Part shown: positions 36,990 through 45,639 of the stretch, piece by piece | Layout: every line of letters starts with the position of its first letter | Position numbering within the stretch: the stretch's first letter is position 1 | Assembly (NCBI GenBank): GCA_037446635.1 | Contig: JBBIIG010000019.1 | Span: forward strand, 1 to 51,700 | DNA: 51,700 nt | Reading direction: 5' to 3' | Origin: a bacterium | GTDB lineage: Bacteria; Zhuqueibacterota; Zhuqueibacteria; Oceanimicrobiales; Oceanimicrobiaceae | The notes under the pieces: generated by a model | Told to the model about the DNA's origin: nothing | Database searches by the model: none | The model's input: the letters and a program-made list of their open reading frames with translations, nothing else | Program-made: the position numbers and the translations under genes

Positions 36990-38018
36990 TTGTCACAGCT
37001 CATTCCCTTCCGTCCCCACCTACTCGTTCGCGGCGGACACTTGCAAACCATCATCGGATACTACCTATCGAATCCGAAAACCATCAGCCACACCAAGCTG
37101 CATCGCGTGCCGCTGCCGGATGGCGACACGCTGGTGATTTGTGAAAATCGTCCCGGCCGCAAATCCGGTTTCCCCGCGCTGATCGTTTTTATGCACGGAT
37201 TGGGAGGGCATTCCGACTCACCATACATGCTGCGACTGGCGGAGCTGTTTCGCAACCGCGGTTGGATTACCTTTCGCATGAATCATCGCGACTGCGGCGC
37301 GGGCGCGGGACTGGCGCGGAATCTCTATCACTCCGGGCGCAGCGACGACATCAGCCGGGTGCTGATGCACGTTTCGGAAATGTATCCCGACACGCCGATG
37401 ATTGCGGTGGGATTTTCGCTGAGCGGCAATGCGCTGTTGAAACTACTCGGCGAGGGCCGCGATCCGATCCCTTCCAATTTGGCCGGCGCGGTTGCAGTTG
37501 TACCGCCCATCGACTTATCGAAATGCGCGGCGGAGTTGTGCAAAAGCAGCAACTGGATCTATAACTTGCGTTTTGTACTCATGCTGAAAGAGGCGATCCG
37601 CGAACAGCAAATCCATTTCGCGAATTTCCCAAAATTTAAATTCCCACTGTGGATGACCATCCGCGACTTTGATGAAATCTGCACCGCGCCGCTCAACGGC
37701 TTCGCTTCCGCCGAAGATTATTACACCAAATGCAGCGCCAAACAATTTCTCGCCGAAATTACCACGCCAACTTTTTTGCTCGCCAGCGCGGACGATCCGT
37801 TTATTCCTAAAGAAACATTTGACGATTTGCCGCTGAACCAAAATCTGACGGTTCACATCGCGCCCAGCGGCGGCCACATGGGATTCGTCGCCGCAGAGAA
37901 AACGCCGCTCGGTTCGCGGCGCTGGATGGATTATGCGATCTTATTTTTTGCGCAAAAGTTTGTGAGAAAATCTCTAAGCGCAAAAGAAAGACCTTGGCCA
38001 GTAAGCAGTCGCCATTAA
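36990..38018 (+). CDS. YheT-family alpha/beta hydrolase
   Basis: GGHLQTI, HGLGG, GFSLSG nucleophile elbow, DDPFIP and GGHMGF. Confidence 0.9.
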   Translation: MSQLIPFRPHLLVRGGHLQTIIGYYLSNPKTISHTKLHRVPLPDGDTLVICENRPGRKSGFPALIVFMHGLGGHSDSPYMLRLAELFRNRGWITFRMNHRDCGAGAGLARNLYHSGRSDDISRVLMHVSEMYPDTPMIAVGFSLSGNALLKLLGEGRDPIPSNLAGAVAVVPPIDLSKCAAELCKSSNWIYNLRFVLMLKEAIREQQIHFANFPKFKFPLWMTIRDFDEICTAPLNGFASAEDYYTKCSAKQFLAEITTPTFLLASADDPFIPKETFDDLPLNQNLTVHIAPSGGHMGFVAAEKTPLGSRRWMDYAILFFAQKFVRKSLSAKERPWPVSSRH

Positions 38019-38063
38019 ACGATTGGCGATTTAACAATTTCAAACAATCAGGAGGAAAGAACA

Positions 38064-38420
38064 ATGGAAGAGCAACTCTACTACTACCGCGCCAAAGTCA
38101 ACAGTGTTTACGACGGTGATACTATGAGAGTGGATATCGATCTTGGCCTGAACACCTGGATTCACAATGAAAAGCTGCGGCTGGCGCGCATCAACGCGCC
38201 GGAATTGCGCGGCGAAGAAAAAGACAAAGGAATCGCCGCGCGCGACTTCCTGATCAGTCTGGTGCTGGAGAAGGAAATTATCCTCGAAACCCTCAAAGAT
38301 CAGGAAGAAAAATATGGCCGCTACCTGGCGGAAATCTGGCTCAAAAACGAAACCGGTCAGTACACCAACATCAACGACTTGCTGGTACAAAACGGCCACG
38401 CGGTTTATCAAACGTATTGA
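38064..38420 (+). CDS. Thermonuclease (SNase) family nuclease without signal peptide
   Basis: VYDGDT, RLARINAPE and KYGRYLA motifs; AGGAGG RBS. Confidence 0.88.
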   Translation: MEEQLYYYRAKVNSVYDGDTMRVDIDLGLNTWIHNEKLRLARINAPELRGEEKDKGIAARDFLISLVLEKEIILETLKDQEEKYGRYLAEIWLKNETGQYTNINDLLVQNGHAVYQTY

Positions 38421-38432
38421 TTGTAAAAAAAC

Positions 38433-38560
38433 GGGGGGTGTCCAAAAGTCGATTTTTCGTTATGTGTCATGCCCGGATTTTTTAGCGGGCATCCATGAAA
38501 CAGCTACTGGACTCCCGCTTGAACGCGGAAGGTGACAATTGGGCTTCTGGACAGACCCCC
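38433..38560. mobile_element. MITE/REP-like composite element
   Basis: Imperfect terminal IRs ggggggtgtccaaaagtc / ggcttctggacagaccccc enclosing tgtcatgcccg...gtgaca hairpins. Confidence 0.5.
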
Positions 38561-38705
38561 GATACTCTTGCTAATTACCTCCTGCGCAACATCCAATCTT
38601 GAAAGCCCTGCCTTAATGTGGTCTGGAACGAAGGGTGGTGCAAAAAAGCCACTCTCCTGCTGTCGTTAGGAAACCTTACAAAACTAAATTGGTATCAGGC
38701 TCTTA

Positions 38706-38734
38706 TTGACTCTTAACACGAAAAATTCTATATT
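38706..38734 (+). promoter_or_regulatory. Sigma70 promoter of the S8 protease-brnTA-leuS run
   Basis: TTGACT-17-TATATT. Confidence 0.6.
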
Positions 38735-38758
38735 CGCGAAATCTAAACCGGAGGCGGC

Positions 38759-40030
38759 ATGATCAAATTCATTCGCGTTGAGCAGGATGTTGCCGTGGCG
38801 GCGCTGTCGAAACAAGTCGCCGGCACAGGTGTGAGTGTTGTGAAAAAGTACAAGCTGGTCCCGAATATCGTCAAAGTCGAGATACCTGAAACCCGCGGAT
38901 TGACCGCGCAAAATATCGAAGCGGCGCTGGCGCCCACCAACTACAGCGAAATTTTCGACGACTTTCCGGTGCACCACTGCCTCGACCAGGCCATCCCGCT
39001 GGTGGGGGTGAACCAAGTGTGGCCGCGTCCCAATCGCGGCGAAGGCATGGTGATTGGAATTTGCGACACCGGCGTCGATAAAGATCATCCCGACCTCGCT
39101 GGCCGGATTTTGGGCACGATCGATTTTACCGGTGAAGGCGACTTCGACGGCAACGGCCACGGCACCCACGTCGCGACTATTGCGATCGGCAGCGGCGCAA
39201 AATCGAATGGGCGCTACACCGGCGCCGCACCCGCCGCGAAAATGTACATGGCCAAAGGGCTGAAATCCGACGGCAGCGGCACCGCCTCTTCCATCGCCGA
39301 CGGCATCGAGTGGCTGGCGGAACAAGGCGTGCACGCGATTTCGCTCAGCCTCGGCGGCACGGCGCTGCCGCGGGTGAAGGACATTTTGCAAGTGATGTGC
39401 GAAGCCGCTGTCGCTAAGGGCATCGCGGTGTTTTGCGCCGCCGGCAACAGCGGCCCGGGCGAACGCACCATCGGCACCCCGGGCGTTTCGCTGAGCGTCA
39501 TCACCGTGGGCGCCTCGGACGACAACGACGGCGTCGCCAACTTCAGCTCGCGCGGCCCCACTCTCGACGGCTACGAAAAACCAGACGTGGTGGCGCCGGG
39601 CGTTGCCATCATCGCCGGGCGCGCCAAAAACACCAGCCTCGGCAAAGTGATCGATGAATTTTACGTTGAACTCAACGGCACCAGCATGGCCACGCCGCTC
39701 GCGGCCGGTATTGGCTTGTTAATTATGAAAGAGCATCCCGGCATTTCGCCGGAAAATCTCAAGGCGCGCCTCGAAGGCCACGCCAAAAACATTGGCACCG
39801 GCGATCACAACATCGAAGGCCGCGGCCGCGTGCAAGCGCTGGAATCGATTGTCGGGCCGCAGCCGGCGCCGCTGCCGGACGAGCCGGTCGCCGAACCCGA
39901 GCCCTGTTTTTTGACGCGCTTGTTGGGCGGCAGCTCGAGTGTTCTGCCGGTGCTGCGGGTCTTCCGCGACGAGGTGCTGGCGCGCAGTTGGACGGGAAGA
40001 AAGTTGATTGACTGGTATTATCGATTGTAA
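38759..40030 (+). CDS. S8 (subtilisin) serine protease with C-terminal CFI-box-CTERM-like domain
   Basis: Triad motifs ICDTG, HGTHVA and GTSMATP; tail CFLTRLLG...LRVFRDEVL...GRKLIDWYY. Confidence 0.9.
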   Translation: MIKFIRVEQDVAVAALSKQVAGTGVSVVKKYKLVPNIVKVEIPETRGLTAQNIEAALAPTNYSEIFDDFPVHHCLDQAIPLVGVNQVWPRPNRGEGMVIGICDTGVDKDHPDLAGRILGTIDFTGEGDFDGNGHGTHVATIAIGSGAKSNGRYTGAAPAAKMYMAKGLKSDGSGTASSIADGIEWLAEQGVHAISLSLGGTALPRVKDILQVMCEAAVAKGIAVFCAAGNSGPGERTIGTPGVSLSVITVGASDDNDGVANFSSRGPTLDGYEKPDVVAPGVAIIAGRAKNTSLGKVIDEFYVELNGTSMATPLAAGIGLLIMKEHPGISPENLKARLEGHAKNIGTGDHNIEGRGRVQALESIVGPQPAPLPDEPVAEPEPCFLTRLLGGSSSVLPVLRVFRDEVLARSWTGRKLIDWYYRL

Positions 40031-40036
40031 TCGCCT

Positions 40037-40306
40037 ATGACTTTTGAATGGGACGTAAACAAGAATGAGACAAACATCGCGAAACATGGAATTGCTTTTG
40101 AGGACGCAGCGAAAATTTTTTCCAACCCACGCGTAGAAAAACGTTCTGATCGCAAAAGCGAACAAAGATTTATTTCAATCGGTCAAACCAACAATCGTGT
40201 AATAGCCGTAATTTACACAATCAGAGGCAACAACATTCGGATTATTTCGGCAAGAAAGGCGAGGAAAAATGAAGAAAAAGAATTTCGTGCAATACAAAGC
40301 AAGTGA
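40037..40306 (+). CDS. brnT: BrnT family toxin
   Basis: FEWDVNKNETNIAKHGIAFEDA...RIISARKA. Confidence 0.92.
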   Translation: MTFEWDVNKNETNIAKHGIAFEDAAKIFSNPRVEKRSDRKSEQRFISIGQTNNRVIAVIYTIRGNNIRIISARKARKNEEKEFRAIQSK

Positions 40307-40565
40307 CCTCCTCGACAAATCGAGAACTGACTGGGAGCGATTTGACGCACTAACTGACGCGGAGATTGATGTTTCTGAAATTCCCGAACTGAACGAAGAG
40401 TGGTTCAAAAATGCGGATTTTATTTATCCAAAAGAGAGGAAGGCTATATCGCTTCAAGTCGATCTCGATGTGCTGGAATGGTTTAAATCCAAATCGAGTA
40501 AGGGTTATCAAAAACTCATGAATGCCGTGCTGAAGGCATACGTGAATGCTCAGAAAAGTAAATGA
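40269..40565 (+). CDS. brnA: BrnA family antitoxin
   Basis: TDWER...PEL...[15 protein letters not shown]...[11 protein letters not shown]. Confidence 0.9.
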   Translation: MKKKNFVQYKASDLLDKSRTDWERFDALTDAEIDVSEIPELNEEWFKNADFIYPKERKAISLQVDLDVLEWFKSKSSKGYQKLMNAVLKAYVNAQKSK

Positions 40566-43156
40566 ATGGAGACACACAAAGTATGACTGCACCCTACGAC
40601 TTCAAAACCATCGAAAACACGTGGCGCGATTTCTGGCGCGAACAAAAATACATCGAGCCCGATTTGAACGACACCCAAAATAAGTTCTACTATCTGAATA
40701 TGTTCCCCTATCCCTCGGGCGAAATGCACGTCGGGCACGGACGCAACTGGCTCATCGGCGACGCCTACTGCCGCTATCTCATCATGAACGGCTACAAAGT
40801 GCTGAACCCCATGGGCTACGATGCCTTCGGGCTGCCGGCGGAAAATGCCGCTATTGACCGCGGCATTCACCCGAAAACCTGGACGTACAACAACATCGAA
40901 AATTTTCGCAAACAGTTTCGGCAGTGGGGCGTGGTGTTTGACTGGCGGCGCGAGCTGGCCACCTGCGACCCGAGTTATTATAAATGGAATCAGTGGCTGT
41001 TCATTCAATTTTATAAACGTGGGCTGGCTTATCGCAAAGCGCAGTTTGTGAACTGGTGTCCTGGATGTGAGACAGTTTTGGCCAACGAGCAGGTGGTAGA
41101 TGGAAAATGCGAGCGTTGCAACTCAGTAGTCAGCAAGAAAAATCTCACCCAATGGTTTTTCAAAATCACCCACTACGCCGAAGAATTGCTGAACGATCTC
41201 GACAAACTCGAGCACTGGCCGGAGCGCGTTAAGCTCATGCAGCGCAATTGGATCGGCCGCAGCGAGGGCGCGCTGCTGCGCTTCAAAGTCGATGGACATG
41301 ATGATGTAATCGAAGTATTTACTACTCGGCCGGACACCCTCTACGGCGCCACTTTCATGGTGCTGGCGCCGGAACATCCGCTGGTGGAAAAGTTGACCAC
41401 TGAGGAGCGCCGGAAAAAAGTGAAAACTTATGTGGAGATGACGCTCGCGGAGAGCGAAATCAAGCGCCAGACGTTGGAGCGGGAAAAGACCGGCGAGTTC
41501 ACCGGCGCGTACGCCATCAATCCTGCCACCGGCAAGAAGATTCCCATCTGGATCGCGGACTACGTGATCCTCGGCTACGGCACCGGCGCCATCATGGCGG
41601 TGCCCGGCCACGATCAGCGCGACTTTGATTTCGCGCGCAAATTTAATCTGCCGGTCGTTCCGGTGATCACCAAAGATGGCCAACCCTTTGACGGTGCCAA
41701 AATGAAAGAAGCGTTTTTGCACGAAGGCTACATGGTGAACTCCGGTCAATTCGACGGACTGCCGGCGGACGCGACTACTTTCAAAAAAATGGTTAAGTAT
41801 TTTGAGAAGGAGGGTTACGGCAAAGGCGAGGTCAATTATCGTTTGCGCGACTGGCTGATCTCACGCCAGCGCTACTGGGGCACCCCCATCCCGATGATTC
41901 ATTGCGAAAAGTGCGGCATCGTGCCAGTGCCGGAAAATGAGCTGCCAGTGCTGCTGCCGGAAGTGGAGTTTCTCGGCAAAAAGGGGCTGGCAGAAATTCC
42001 CAGTTTCTATCAAACCACCTGTCCGCAGTGCCAAGGTTCGGCGCGCCGCGACACCGACACCATGGATACCTTCGTGGATTCCGCGTGGTATTTTATGCGC
42101 TATCTCTCCGCAGATGATGACACGAAAATTTTCGATTCGAAATTGGTGAACGCGTGGCTGCCGGTGGATCAATACGTCGGCGGCATCGAGCACGCGATTT
42201 TGCACTTGCTCTATTCGCGCTTCGTCACCAAAGCGCTGCGCGATATGGGATTGATTAATTTTGGCGAGCCGTTTACGCGCTTGTTCACGCAGGGGATGAT
42301 CACCCATGTGGCGTATCGCTGCCGGCAACACGGTTGGATTCCGCCGAAAGAAGTGAAAGAGGGGAACCGCTGTCCACATGACGGCAGAGAGTTGATCACC
42401 GAACTGGCGAAAATGAGCAAATCAAAAAAGAATACCATTGCGCCCACGGAGATCATCGAGGAATTTGGCACCGATACCGAACGGTTGTACACGCTGTTCA
42501 TGGGCCCACCGGAGCGGGAGATCGAATGGAGCGCCGAAGGCGTGCGCGGCGGCTTTCGTTTCCTCAATCGCGTGTGGACGCTGGTGCAAAATTATCGTGA
42601 GGTGATCAAAAAAGCCCCGGCGGCTGAAATCAAAATCGCCGCACTGAACAAGCGCGACAAGCAGCTCTGGCACGTTGTTAACGAAAAGATCCGCTCGGTC
42701 ACCGAGGATTTCCGCACGTTCCATTTCAATACCACCGTGGCCGCGGTGATGGAGCTGAGCAACGAGTTGGGGGATTACACCACAGCTTGCGAGCAGAAGC
42801 AGCATGAAATGAACCCGGCTCTTTTTCGCAGAGCCGTAGAAAACTTGATTCTAATGATTTCACCGATCACGCCGTTCATCGCCGAGGAGCTTTGGCGAGT
42901 GATTGGCCATGAGAAACCAATTTTAGAGCAGCGCTGGCCGCAGCCCGATCCCGAGGCGCTGGAGCGCGACGAGAAAATCATCGTGATTCAAGTGAACGGC
43001 AAGCTGCGCGATCAGATGCTGGTGCCGACCGCGCTCTCTGAAAATCGCGCTGAGTTGGAAAAGATGGCGCTGGCAAAAATCGCCAATCGTTTAGAAAACA
43101 AAAAGCCGCGCAAGGTAATTGTGGTGCCGGGGAAATTGGTGAACGTGGTGGTGTAG
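40562..43156 (+). CDS. leuS: Leucine--tRNA ligase
   Basis: MFPYPSG-x-HVGH, FTTRPDT editing domain, [16 protein letters not shown] and QVNGKLR; start may be 40583. Confidence 0.97.
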   Translation: MNGDTQSMTAPYDFKTIENTWRDFWREQKYIEPDLNDTQNKFYYLNMFPYPSGEMHVGHGRNWLIGDAYCRYLIMNGYKVLNPMGYDAFGLPAENAAIDRGIHPKTWTYNNIENFRKQFRQWGVVFDWRRELATCDPSYYKWNQWLFIQFYKRGLAYRKAQFVNWCPGCETVLANEQVVDGKCERCNSVVSKKNLTQWFFKITHYAEELLNDLDKLEHWPERVKLMQRNWIGRSEGALLRFKVDGHDDVIEVFTTRPDTLYGATFMVLAPEHPLVEKLTTEERRKKVKTYVEMTLAESEIKRQTLEREKTGEFTGAYAINPATGKKIPIWIADYVILGYGTGAIMAVPGHDQRDFDFARKFNLPVVPVITKDGQPFDGAKMKEAFLHEGYMVNSGQFDGLPADATTFKKMVKYFEKEGYGKGEVNYRLRDWLISRQRYWGTPIPMIHCEKCGIVPVPENELPVLLPEVEFLGKKGLAEIPSFYQTTCPQCQGSARRDTDTMDTFVDSAWYFMRYLSADDDTKIFDSKLVNAWLPVDQYVGGIEHAILHLLYSRFVTKALRDMGLINFGEPFTRLFTQGMITHVAYRCRQHGWIPPKEVKEGNRCPHDGRELITELAKMSKSKKNTIAPTEIIEEFGTDTERLYTLFMGPPEREIEWSAEGVRGGFRFLNRVWTLVQNYREVIKKAPAAEIKIAALNKRDKQLWHVVNEKIRSVTEDFRTFHFNTTVAAVMELSNELGDYTTACEQKQHEMNPALFRRAVENLILMISPITPFIAEELWRVIGHEKPILEQRWPQPDPEALERDEKIIVIQVNGKLRDQMLVPTALSENRAELEKMALAKIANRLENKKPRKVIVVPGKLVNVVV

Positions 43157-43157
43157 C

Positions 43158-43181
43158 GCAACTCAAAGCTTTGCTTTGAGA
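43158..43181. repeat. Family A palindrome, copy 3 (inverted)
   Basis: gcaactcaaagctttgctttgaga. Confidence 0.7.
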
Positions 43182-43262
43182 TCGCGAACGAAAGGTTGAA
43201 TGATCGCGTCCAATTTTTTTCTTTGATTCTAATTTGAAACTTTGTAAAATAGTTCGTGGCAC

Positions 43263-43336
43263 GCGCCCGTAGCTCAGATGGATAGAGCAACGGACTTCTA
43301 ATCCGTGGGTCGCAGGTTCGAATCCTGCCGGGCGTA
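43263..43336 (+). tRNA. tRNA-Arg (anticodon TCT)
   Basis: Cloverleaf: acceptor GCGCCCG/CGGGCGT, anticodon arm ACGGA-CTTCTAA-TCCGT, T-loop GGTTCGAATCC; CCA not fully encoded. Confidence 0.95.
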
Positions 43337-43341
43337 CCTTT

Positions 43342-43372
43342 AAAAGCTCATTTGTATAAATGGGCTTTTTTT
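43342..43372 (+). terminator. Terminator after the tRNA
   Basis: aaaagctcattt-gtat-aaatgggcttttttt. Confidence 0.7.
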
Positions 43373-43460
43373 ATTGTCTCTCCGGACGATTTTGAAAAAA
43401 ACGGAATAACCGTTGGAGCTATCAAGTTGCTTTTCTTGTGAAGACAAGTCAGGAGGGATC

Positions 43461-45416
43461 ATGCGCATTTGTTTCGACCAATCCACAACCCAAAACTTCG
43501 ATGCCGCCAGCCAACTGGAGTGGTTAGAAACCAACGGCCTCGGCGGCTGGGCCAGCTCGACCATTGTTGGCGCGCACACGCGGCGCTACCACGGCTTGCT
43601 GGTGGCGGCCACGCAGCCGCCGGTCGGGCGCATGGTACTGCTCTCCAAATTGGACGAGACCCTCGCTCTCGACGGCGAGCGGTTTGAATTGGGCTGCAAC
43701 CGCTACCCCAACGCGATTCATCCGCAGGGCTTCCGGTTTTTGAAATCCTTCCGCAAAGATCTTTTTCCGGTATTTGAATACGAAGCTGGCGGCATTGGCC
43801 TTCGCAAAACGGTCGCCGCCATCAACGGTGAAAACACCACGGTGATTTTGTACGAAGTGCTCGACGCGCCGCAGGATTTTTATCTCGAATTGCAGCCGTT
43901 TGTCGCTGCCCGCGATTTCCACAGCCTCGCCCACGCCAACGATTCCATCCGCCGCGACGCGCGGTTTGAAAATGGCGTATTCCGAGTTCGGCCGTACGAC
44001 GGCGTTCCCGAGTTATTCATCTCCACGCCGGGCGCGCATTTCGAGTCGCAGCCGGATTGGTACCGCAACTTCGAATACGGCATCGAGCAGTTTCGAGGTT
44101 TGGACTTCCGTGAAGATTTGTTCACCTACGGCCGTTTCCGCATCAATTTAAAAAAAGGCGGCAAGCTCGGCGTCATCGTTTCCACACTTGATCCGAGTGA
44201 CCGCGATGCGTTTGAATTGGTTGAGTCGGAGAAAACCCGCCGCGAAAATCTATTCACGAAACTGCCAATTAAAGACGAGTTTGCGCAGACGCTGGCGCTG
44301 GCCGCGGATCAGTTCATCGTCCGCCGCGGCGAAGATTTGCGCACCATTATTGCCGGCTATCACTGGTTTGCGGATTGGGGGCGCGACACGATGATCGCGC
44401 TGCCCGGCATTTGTCTCGCCAGCGGCCGCTTCGACGACGCCAAAAAGATTCTGCGCGCCTTTGCCCAGAGCGTCAGCCAGGGCATGCTGCCGAATCGCTT
44501 TCCGGATGTCGGCGAGCAGCCGGAATACAACACGGTCGATGCGACGCTCTGGTATTTCGTGGCGATTTACAAGTATTTCCAATCCACCGGCGACGACACC
44601 TTCGTCCGCGATGAGCTGCTGCCGGTGCTGCGGGACATCATTTCCTGGCACGACCGCGGCACACGCTACCGCATTCACGTGGACGAAGACGGTTTGCTTT
44701 ACGCCGGCGAGCCCGGCGTGCAACTCACCTGGATGGACGCCAAAATCGGCGACTGGGTGGTGACCCCGCGCCAGGGCAAAGCGGTGGAAATCAACGCCCT
44801 GTGGTACAACGCGCTGATGATTTTTTCGGAGCTGTCGAATCGCTTTGGAAAGTCGGCTGATGCCAGAACTTTTTCGGAGCGAGCGAAAAAAGTCAAAGCC
44901 CGGTTTTTGGAAGTTTTTTGGGAAGAACAGAACGGCTACCTCTACGACTACGTGGACGGCAATCACCGCGACGCCGACAAACGTCCCAATCAGATCTTTG
45001 CGCTCAGCCTGCCGTTTCCATTAATGGAAGGCGAGAAAGCGCGCAAGATTTTGAAATTGGTGGAAGAAAAATTATACACGCCGGTCGGTCTGCGCAGTCT
45101 CTCGCCGGACGATTCGAAATACCGCCCGCACTACGGCGGCGGCCCGTTTGAGCGCGACAGCGCCTACCACCAGGGCACAGTGTGGAGCTGGCTGCTCGGG
45201 CCTTACATCACGGCGCTGGCGCGCGTGGAAGGCGCCGCCGGCCGCAAACGCGCCGAAAAAGTGATCGAGAATTTCAAATATCATTTGTCGGAAGCCGGCG
45301 TCGGCACGATTTCGGAAATTTTCGAAGGCATTGCGCCGCACGGGCCGCGCGGCTGCATGGCGCAGGCGTGGAGCGTGGGGGAGATTTTGCGGGCGTATGT
45401 GGAGGATATGAAATAG
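43461..45416 (+). CDS. Glycogen debranching enzyme (amylo-alpha-1,6-glucosidase)
   Basis: EWLETNGLGGWAS, IIAGYHWFADWGRDTMI, LTWMDA, YHQGTVW and QAWSV; ATG at 43461 follows AGGAGG. Confidence 0.93.
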   Translation: MRICFDQSTTQNFDAASQLEWLETNGLGGWASSTIVGAHTRRYHGLLVAATQPPVGRMVLLSKLDETLALDGERFELGCNRYPNAIHPQGFRFLKSFRKDLFPVFEYEAGGIGLRKTVAAINGENTTVILYEVLDAPQDFYLELQPFVAARDFHSLAHANDSIRRDARFENGVFRVRPYDGVPELFISTPGAHFESQPDWYRNFEYGIEQFRGLDFREDLFTYGRFRINLKKGGKLGVIVSTLDPSDRDAFELVESEKTRRENLFTKLPIKDEFAQTLALAADQFIVRRGEDLRTIIAGYHWFADWGRDTMIALPGICLASGRFDDAKKILRAFAQSVSQGMLPNRFPDVGEQPEYNTVDATLWYFVAIYKYFQSTGDDTFVRDELLPVLRDIISWHDRGTRYRIHVDEDGLLYAGEPGVQLTWMDAKIGDWVVTPRQGKAVEINALWYNALMIFSELSNRFGKSADARTFSERAKKVKARFLEVFWEEQNGYLYDYVDGNHRDADKRPNQIFALSLPFPLMEGEKARKILKLVEEKLYTPVGLRSLSPDDSKYRPHYGGGPFERDSAYHQGTVWSWLLGPYITALARVEGAAGRKRAEKVIENFKYHLSEAGVGTISEIFEGIAPHGPRGCMAQAWSVGEILRAYVEDMK

Positions 45417-45639
45417 AAACGTGCCAGGCACTTTATGAATGCCCGGGACGTTTATTTAGCTATGAAATATATAAGCCACGATTTTTTTGGCGCCTTCGCA
45501 TGAAACGGGTTTGTTTCGTGGTGATATCAGTTGACACTATTTCATTACTGTTACCTTTTTGGTCTGCACGAATTCCACGGCGAATACGATAAAAATATAA
45601 GCCGGGTAAGTCGTTGTCCTCTCCTGTGGTCATTGGATA

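Noticed and set aside
38561..38700. Possible gene or IS-end remnant on the minus strand
   Set aside because: Short open stretch with no assignable family and no partner inverted repeat
42300..42400. Cys/His insert (CRQH...CPHD) before KMSKS in LeuRS as a novelty
   Set aside because: Lies in the variable leucine-specific domain, where such inserts are expected; not assessable without an alignment
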